Origin: Octopus vulgaris
Lineage: Eukaryota
Length of the DNA stretch: 64,000 bases
Direction of reading: 5' to 3'
Assembly: GCA_951406725.2 (NCBI GenBank)
Contig: OX597814.1
Coordinates: 190,588,001 to 190,652,000 of the forward strand
Below are positions 59,001-64,000 of this stretch, piece after piece (positions within the stretch are counted from its first letter, which is position 1; each line of letters opens with the position of its first letter). A model generated the notes under the pieces. It did not search any database. It saw nothing but the letters and a program-made list of their open reading frames with translations, and was not told the DNA's origin. The position numbers and the translations under genes were made by a program.

Positions 59001-60777
59001 GATGTTGCAGAGCTTTTCTTCCTGCCTATGTTTATTAGTTTTAAAGTGAGAGTCAGTCCATGGTATCTGATCCCACTCTTTAGACTTGGAGGTCTGACCA
59101 TAGTGGTTCAGTGGGCTAAGACAGCTGCAGTGACCAGTAAGCTGTAGATTTTACATTGGAGTGGCCATCTCCCAGGTGAACTGCTTTACAAGGCTGGAGG
59201 GCTTCACCTACTTGGAGTTGACAGAAGCGCATCAAAGAGGGAACTGGACCATGTAAGAGACTCCACTCTTTGTTTTATTGCCAAGGTTGACTCCCCTAAC
59301 CTTTTTCCTTTCCCAAGGCAGTCTCTTCCAGAATATCTTGGTTAACCGATAGCTAGGTCTGAGACAGAACCTTGACAAATAGAATTTTAGCTTGGTGGAA
59401 TAAAATGAAACATGAACCAAAGATCTCCAGAGAAATTACAATAGGGACAAGAAATAAGAAATATCACAGCCACAGTGAAATACTGAGGAAGAGATCAAAT
59501 ATTCTGAATAATTACCTCTTCATTTACTCTTTTACTCTTTTACTTGTTTCAGTCATTTGACTGCGGCCATGCTGGAGCACCGCCTTTTAGTCGAGCAAAT
59601 CGACCCTGGGACTTATTCTTTGTAAGCCCAGTACTTATTCTATCAGTCTCTTTTGCCGAACCGCTAAGTGACGGGGACATAAACACACCAGCATCGGTTG
59701 TCAAGCAATGCTAGGGGGACAAACACAGACACACAAACACATACACACACATATATATATATATACACATATATACGACAGGCTTCTTTCAGTTTCCGTC
59801 TACCAAATCCACTCACAAGGCATTGGTCGGCCCGGGGCTATAGCAGAAGACACTTGCCCAAGATGCTACGCAGTGGGACTGAACCCGGAACCATGTGGTT
59901 GGTTAGCAAGCTACTTACCACACAGCCACTCCTGCGCATTTGTTTCTCTACAGACAGTAAATTATTATAATAATTTTATAGACAGTTAATTATCACAATC
60001 CATCCATCAAATAATTAAGGTGAGCTGTTAGCTCTATTGGATATCATCCAACAACTAGACAACAGAAGTATATCAATTTGTTTATGTTTTTCTAACAAAT
60101 TCCACTTACTTCAGTTGATAAGGTTACAGTAATTAATCTATTAATCGTTTTCACATTTCAATTAAAAACAATTGTTATGAGGGCGTAAAAGTATGAACCT
60201 TTGCAGTAGAGTTTCTTCACCAACCCAATTAAACTGTCAGTATATCATAACAAGTATTGGGTGTTTACATCTAGTGTATGTTACGATGCACACATATGAG
60301 TGAGAGAACATGATGTCATTTCAAATTAGGATTTTGAGCTCATAACAGCAAGAGAACAACGGAATGGAAAGAAGACTGGAAAAACCTTTCGAATGGAGAA
60401 TATGCCAATAGTTAAAAATAATAAACAATTAATTCAAAGAACCAAATTCATAGCATACATACACTTTTATATATATACTTGTTGAAGAATTAAAAAATAG
60501 AGATTTTGTTTATAACTCTCTAAGAGCAAGGTCACTTTTGATAACAGTAATAGGATATGGTTTAGTGGTTTATTTCTATTATACTGAAGAAATAAAACAT
60601 CAAACTATGAAAGTAGAAAAACAAAAGTTTTTTAATCATAAAACTTACCAAGATTCAACTCACAGTTCCGACCAGTAAATGTTGGTGAACAAGTACATTT
60701 ATAATCCTGGTCCTGGTCAACACAAGTTCCTCCATTCTGACATGGATAAGAATAGCAATCATTGACATCAACTTTAG
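7896..60777 (-). CDS. crb: Crumbs (EGF/laminin-G apical polarity protein), partial multi-exon gene; 19 coding exons in window, 5' and 3' ends not found in window
   Basis: Exons join in one open frame with consistent phases (5072 nt). About 29 EGF repeats plus 3 LamG domains in Crumbs order. The inserted [14 protein letters not shown]...[13 protein letters not shown] lies three EGFs before LamG1, as I recall for Drosophila Crb and human CRB1. Confidence 0.9.
8136..9310 (-). promoter_or_regulatory. Candidate internal promoter/enhancer of crumbs
   Basis: Free of recognisable transposons; CAGGTG/CACCTG at 8420, 8430, 8622, 8924; Grainyhead-like AAACCGGTC near 9289; orphan donor GTGAGT at 8739-8734. 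Confidence 0.35.
11408..11790 (+). mobile_element. tRNA-headed SINE family B (Meta-domain-like gtcgactttgcctttcatcctttcggggtcgataaa), partial dimer
   Basis: Copies ~13141-13373-, 15434-15836+, 16243-16471+, 26755-26920-, 27510-27739-, 28258-28660-, 45137-45368+, 56622-56855-, 61320-61530+, 62078-62295+; several carry 12-17 bp TSDs. Confidence 0.85.
14900..15948 (+). mobile_element. Internally deleted mariner transposon with nested SINE B
   Basis: [11 protein letters not shown] (15172) joined almost directly to [12 protein letters not shown]...[17 protein letters not shown]; in-frame stops; right end ctacttttgagattaccctcata is mariner-TIR-like. Confidence 0.8.
18575..19298 (-). CDS. crb: crumbs exon 18, LamG3 + two EGFs
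   Basis: tag/gtaagt, 724 nt, phase 1-2; [23 protein letters not shown] motifs. Confidence 0.9.
21238..21782 (+). mobile_element. Interspersed repeat family D ending in (ATT)n
   Basis: Similar copies ~34328-34830+, 37610-38290- and 49452-49957+ (aaaaggtccctgaataag...cagccactaagggacatg). Confidence 0.7.
21888..22000 (-). CDS. crb: crumbs exon 17, [37 protein letters not shown]
   Basis: tag/gtaggt, 113 nt, phase 2-1; bridges exons 16 and 18 exactly; not in minus ORF track. Confidence 0.9.
22105..22410 (+). mobile_element. RTE-clade LINE 3' fragment
   Basis: [16 protein letters not shown]...[20 protein letters not shown]. Confidence 0.65.
23888..24554 (-). CDS. crb: crumbs exon 16, LamG2 + start of EGF
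   Basis: cag/gtaagt, 667 nt, phase 1-2; [28 protein letters not shown] LamG motifs. Confidence 0.9.
25474..26457 (-). CDS. crb: crumbs exon 15, 3 EGF + LamG1 + EGF
   Basis: aag acceptor after pyrimidine tract, gtaagt donor, 984 nt, phase 1-1; ORF 25463-26512. Confidence 0.9.
27864..28077 (-). CDS. crb: crumbs exon 14, includes Crumbs-signature inserted EGF
   Basis: cag/gtgaga, 214 nt, phase 0-1; [50 protein letters not shown]. Confidence 0.92.
29733..29847 (-). CDS. crb: crumbs exon 13, [38 protein letters not shown]
   Basis: cag/gtatta, 115 nt, phase 2-0. Confidence 0.9.
30940..31115 (-). mobile_element. Penelope-like terminal repeat relic with decayed hammerhead; related copy ~27320-27440 on +
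   Basis: aagacac CTGATAA a ggctgat gggtat atcagct GAAA tgtt gtgtt. Confidence 0.6.
31996..32209. mobile_element. piggyBac-type MITE, ends ~30 bp from exon 12 donor
   Basis: TTAA|CCCCTTAG...CTAAAGAG|TTAA; reverse-complement similarity to 57704-57922. Confidence 0.7.
32239..32434 (-). CDS. crb: crumbs exon 12, [16 protein letters not shown]...[17 protein letters not shown]
   Basis: tag/gtaagg, 196 nt, phase 1-2. Confidence 0.9.
32627..32846. mobile_element. piggyBac-type MITE, second family
   Basis: TTAA|CCCTTTAGTTAC...GTAACGAAAGGG|TTAA; related partial copies ~11259-11395, 17720-17882, 20030-20206, 43860-44219. Confidence 0.7.
34063..34185 (-). CDS. crb: crumbs exon 11, [44 protein letters not shown]
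   Basis: tag/gtaatt, 123 nt, phase 1-1; not in ORF track. Confidence 0.88.
35167..35490 (-). CDS. crb: crumbs exon 10, two cbEGFs with loop insertions
   Basis: cag/gtaagt, 324 nt, phase 1-1; ORF 35153-35488. Confidence 0.88.
35660..35873 (+). mobile_element. CR1/L2-group LINE RT C-terminal fragment
   Basis: [20 protein letters not shown]...[16 protein letters not shown]...[15 protein letters not shown]. Confidence 0.8.
35853..36083. repeat. 21-bp minisatellite, 11 units (cattgaagctccgacgtctgg)
   Basis: Directly visible, no spacers. Confidence 0.95.
37001..37339 (-). CDS. crb: crumbs exon 9, three EGFs [16 protein letters not shown]...CDCPI
   Basis: cag/gtttgt, 339 nt, phase 1-1. Confidence 0.9.
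38581..38734 (-). CDS. crb: crumbs exon 8, [24 protein letters not shown]...CSCVPGYE
   Basis: cag/gtagag, 154 nt, phase 0-1. Confidence 0.88.
38946..39181. repeat. Perfect inverted repeat, 114-bp arms, 8-nt loop
   Basis: 38946-39059 is the exact reverse complement of 39068-39181. Confidence 0.95.
39188..39449. repeat. Near-perfect inverted repeat, ~100-bp arms, ~61-nt AT loop
   Basis: 39188-39287 pairs with 39349-39449 with about one indel. Confidence 0.9.
40075..40550 (+). mobile_element. RTE-clade LINE ORF2 3' fragment
   Basis: [18 protein letters not shown]...LRWLGHALR...[13 protein letters not shown], ending in a short caaga tail. Confidence 0.75.
41048..41612. mobile_element. Tc1/mariner-type MITE
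   Basis: Terminal inverted repeats gatgctgaaaagttcctggattt / aaagccaggaacttttcagcacc. Confidence 0.6.
41185..41518 (-). mobile_element. tRNA-headed SINE family E (CORE-like gtgttcttgagcaagacacttt), nested in a mariner-type MITE
   Basis: Minus-strand head ggctcagtggttagagc...gagttcgaatccc. Fragments ~17330-17450, 26922-27036, 31562-31740, 48540-48730. Confidence 0.75.
42570..42920. repeat. Purine-rich low-complexity tract (pyrimidine-rich in the transcript) just after exon 7 donor
   Basis: ~350 bp almost all G/A on the + strand. Confidence 0.85.
42951..43077 (-). CDS. crb: crumbs exon 7, [42 protein letters not shown]
   Basis: cag/gtaagt, 127 nt, phase 2-0. Confidence 0.9.
43199..43376 (-). 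CDS. crb: crumbs exon 6, [23 protein letters not shown]...[11 protein letters not shown]
   Basis: tag acceptor; gtgggt donor required for phase 2 join to next exon; 178 nt. Confidence 0.85.
45850..46217 (+). mobile_element. RTE-clade LINE 3' fragment (target of solo LTR)
   Basis: MLHWMCVVS...LREKL...[14 protein letters not shown]...[10 protein letters not shown]. Confidence 0.7.
46218..46652 (-). mobile_element. Solo LTR (435 bp), probably Gypsy-type
   Basis: TGTAG...CTACA termini, 4-bp TSD GATC (46214-46217 and 46653-46656), AATAAA on minus strand at 46336-46341. Confidence 0.8.
47647..47841 (+). mobile_element. Short 5'-truncated retroposon with CAA-type tail
   Basis: 9-bp TSD aaggacaag (47638-47646, 47842-47850), ends caacagcaaca, CpG-rich. 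Confidence 0.6.
47990..48203 (-). CDS. crb: crumbs exon 5, two EGFs [16 protein letters not shown]...CECKPGFN
   Basis: tag/gtaagt, 214 nt, phase 0-1. Confidence 0.9.
48735..49043 (-). mobile_element. tRNA-headed SINE (family F)
   Basis: Minus-strand head ggaggtgcaatggcccagtggttagggcag...gtttcgattcccagg with A and B boxes. Confidence 0.65.
50613..50752 (-). CDS. crb: crumbs exon 4, cb[24 protein letters not shown]...GPMCE
   Basis: tag/gttagt, 140 nt, phase 1-0. Confidence 0.9.
50845..51135. repeat. Tandem duplication, period ~154 bp
   Basis: gtacagatt...aaacactttcaaattttggacactgg...ttaaagt occurs twice. Confidence 0.85.
51258..51380. repeat. Degenerate interstitial telomere-like (CCCTAA)n tract
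   Basis: ccctaa units mixed with ccctaaaa and ccctag variants. Confidence 0.85.
52215..53160. repeat. Minisatellite, 7 units of ~125-150 bp built from microsatellite pieces
   Basis: Anchor tttcaatgaaaa at ~52218, 52344, 52494, 52628, 52753, 52891, 53021. Confidence 0.92.
55011..55124 (-). CDS. crb: crumbs exon 3, cb[22 protein letters not shown]...CNCTGT
   Basis: tag/gtaagg, 114 nt, phase 1-1. Confidence 0.9.
57704..57922. mobile_element. piggyBac-type MITE
   Basis: TTAA|CCCTTTAG...CTAAAGGG|TTAA; same family in opposite orientation at 31996-32209. Confidence 0.75.
58120..58206 (-). CDS. crb: crumbs exon 2, [32 protein letters not shown]
   Basis: cag/gtaagt, 87 nt, phase 1-1; not in ORF track. 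Confidence 0.88.
60649..60777 (-). CDS. crb: crumbs exon (window exon 1), [45 protein letters not shown]
   Basis: ttcccttttcag-type acceptor, gtaagt donor, 129 nt, phase 1-1; not in ORF track. Confidence 0.9.
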
Positions 60778-62032
60778 CTGAAAGGGAAAAAGAAATTTTA
60801 AAAACAAAAATTCAGAAAGAGTTGTTCATTTTTTTAATATTTCTTCTACACACACACCAGCTTGCTTTTGTAATTTCATTAAACACTAAGGTGGCAAGCT
60901 AGCAGAAACGTTAGCATGCCAAGTAAAATGCTTAGCAATATTTCATCTGTCTTTACATTGAGTTCAAATTCCACTGAGGTCGACTTTGCCTTTCATCCTT
61001 TTAGGGTCGATAAATTAAGAATCAGGTGTGTACTGGCATTGATCTAATTGAATAGCTGTAAAACAATGGTTAAATATTTACTTATGCAACCCATGCAAAC
61101 AAATAAGTTTATTCTGGCCTTTATTTCCCAATATATCTTTTTAAAGATGGTATGGTATCATCATCATTTAAAGTCCATTTTCCATGATGGCATGGGTTGG
61201 ATGGTTTGACCACATCTGGCAAGCTGGAGAGCTGGACCAGGTTTCAGTCTGATTTGACTTGGTTTCTACAGCAACATGCCCTTCCTAACAACAACAACAT
61301 TACAGAGTGTTTTGTAAAGTCGGTGAGCTGGCAGAAACATTAGCACACCGGGCAAAATGCTTAGTGGTATTTCATCAGCTGTTACGTTCCGAGTTCAAAT
61401 TTCGCCAAGATCGACTTTGGCTTTCATCCTTTCGGGATCAATAAATTAAGTACCAGTTACGCACTGGGGTCGATGTAATCGACTTAATCCCTTTGTCTGT
61501 CCTTGTTTGTCCCCTTATGGGCAATAAATAAACAAGAGTGTTCTGGGTGCTTTTTACATGGCACTGGCACAAGTCCTATTTACATGCCCCCAGCAAGGTA
61601 TAATTGAGAAAATTTGGCTATTATTTCTAGCAAGTCCAGCAACCATATAGTGGCTCACTTTTATGTGACATGAATGGTGGTTATAGTGTACAATAAAGAA
61701 TTTTTATTTTTATTAAACTTAAAGAAAAGAGTCCTTGAGAAACTATATGGAAATGCTTAAGTAACAAAAGCTTCATTATTTCATTGATTAAAGGTGATTT
61801 TTAATGAAGTGGTTGAACACAGCCGGACTGTATGAAGAGATGGTAATAAAATGGAGATAAAATGATATTTTGATAAATAATGAAGAAATAACATTTAAGA
61901 CATCTTTTATAGGTTATCACATATCAGTATGTTAAAGTGTCAGGTAAACCAAGGTCACATCAGGAAATAAGACAGAGTGAGGAGTATTCACATTAGTATT
62001 GCATGTGCATGCATGTTTGTGTGTGTGTGTAT

Positions 62033-62081
<49 letters not shown>

Positions 62082-62666
62082 GAGCTGGCAGAAACGTTAG
62101 CACACCAGGCGAAATGCTTAGCAGTATTTCATCTGCCATTACGTTCTGAGTTCAAATTCCGCCGAGGTCAACTTTGCCTTTCATCCTTTCGGGGTTGATA
62201 AATAAAGTACCAGTTACGCACTGGGGTCGATGTAATCGACTTAATCCCTTTGTCTGTCCTTGTTTGTCCCCTCTATGTTTAGCCTCTTGTGGGCAGTGCG
62301 TGGCCGTTCGCCAGCCTCGTCTGGCACCTGTGTCGGTGGCACATAAAATCACCCACTACACTCTCGGAGTGGTTGGCTTTAGGAAGGGCATCCAGCTGTA
62401 GAAACACTGCCAGATCTGACTGGCCTGGTGCAGCCTTCGGGCTCCCCAGACCCCAGTTGAACCGTCCAAACCATGCTAGCATGGAAAACGGACGCCAAAT
62501 GATGATGATGATGATGCATGATGCGCGTGTCCATAGGTGTGAATATATGCATGTATATATGAGTTTACTGTATAGTGTTCAAGTGCACTACAACTCAATG
62601 GAAAGGCTTAAAAGAGGAGACAGAGAGTAAACATATAAGTAAAAGAAAGAAAAACAGAAATGAAAG

Positions 62667-62706
<40 letters not shown>

Positions 62707-64000
62707 AGAGAGAGAAAGAGAGAGAAATATGAGAAAAGGAACTGTACATATAGTAGAGGGCTTAATATTTTATTACACCTGAGGAACTACATTAGTCACA
62801 CATACTTATCTTCTATTTGTGACTTTTCACTGTGATCGTTTCAACCAACAAGAGGTGTTTTCAAGTGCCACTTAAAAGCACCTCTTGTCGGTTGAAATGA
62901 TCATAGAGAGAGAAGTCTGAAGAGAATATAACTCTACATTTGTATTACATATTGAGTACTAAATGTAAAAACAAAAAAAAAAGATACTTTGAATGATCCA
63001 AATTCCAAAAAGATACCACATCAGAAGATGTATACAGAAATATTTATTTTTACTCGTTTCAGTCATTAGACTGCGGCCATGCTGGAGCACCACCTTGAAG
63101 GATTTTTAACCAAATGTATCAACTCAGTACTTATTCTTTCAATAAGCCTGGTACATATTCTATTGGTCATGGGGACATAAACACACCAACACTGGTTGTC
63201 AAGTGGTGGTGGGGGACAAACACCAACACACACACTCATATATATTGTCAGTAATTCATATATTTGAAAAAGAAGCATACTCTGGAACAGTAGAACAGTA
63301 CAGACAGGCAGATTAAATTTGAACACAGAACATAAAAACGGATGAAATGCCACTAAGTATTTTACCCAGCACAGTAGCAATTCTGCCAGCTCACCACCTT
63401 ATCAACCTGTTTAATAATAAGATGAAACTAAGACAGTGAACAGGTAGAATCGTTAACACATGCTTGGCGGCATTTCGTCCGTCTTCCCATTCTGAGTTCA
63501 AATTCCACCAAAGTCGACTTTACTTTTCATCCTTTCAGGGTCGATAAAATAGGTACCAGTTGGGTACTGGAGTCAATGTAATCGATTTACCCTCTCCCTG
63601 AAATTGCTGACCTTATGCCAAAATTTGAAATCAATAATAAGATGGAAATGCTTCAGCTAATGCAGACTGTTGGATCACTATACAGAACCTCCAGAACTGG
63701 GTATTGAAATGAGATTATTAAATTTTCAGTGTATATTAACACTATCCTTGTCTCTATTTCATGCCAAACCTCTGAATCTGTTGACCATAAGAAACTTAAA
63801 CCTATTAAAGTTTCGCGAGAAAATACACATACAGGCGCAGGAGAGGCTGTGTGGTAAGTAGCTTGCTAAATAACCACATGGTTCTGGGTTCAGTCCCACT
63901 GCGTGGCATCTTGGGCAAGTGTCTTCTGCTATAGCCCCGGGCCGACCATTGCCTTGTGAGTGGATTTGGTAGACGGAAACTGAAAGAAGCCTGTCGTATA

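Noticed and set aside
7896-60777. Gene is Notch, EYS/eyes shut or fibropellin
   Set aside because: LamG domains separated by 1-2 EGFs and the inserted FSY.ASGY EGF fit Crumbs. No LNR/ankyrin, mucin-like or CUB region is seen.

Overview
AT-rich, repeat-dense animal genomic DNA, most likely a coleoid cephalopod (Octopus-like; inferred from the SINE families, not proven). The whole window lies inside one large minus-strand gene. I reconstructed 19 coding exons (60777 to 7896, 5072 nt, 1690 full codons). All have AG/GT splice sites and matching phases. They encode about 23 EGF repeats, then LamG-EGF-LamG-2xEGF-LamG-3xEGF, including the Crumbs-type inserted EGF ([11 protein letters not shown]...[13 protein letters not shown]), so this is a crumbs orthologue. 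I did not find the N-terminal signal exon or the TM/ERLI tail in the window. Introns are filled with several SINE families, CR1/RTE LINE fragments, a deleted mariner, piggyBac-type MITEs, a solo LTR, a tRNA-Arg(CCT) pseudogene and satellites. Most notable: (1) an in-frame ATG plus signal-peptide-like leader ahead of the last EGF exon, in a transposon-free, E-box-rich intron segment, suggesting a short CRB3-like isoform from an internal promoter; (2) several minimal hammerhead-ribozyme motifs of Penelope type, one with U3-A8/AAUU covariation; (3) two long back-to-back hairpins just upstream of an exon; (4) a solo LTR in sense orientation. All were read by eye, repeat boundaries are approximate, and nothing was checked against databases.
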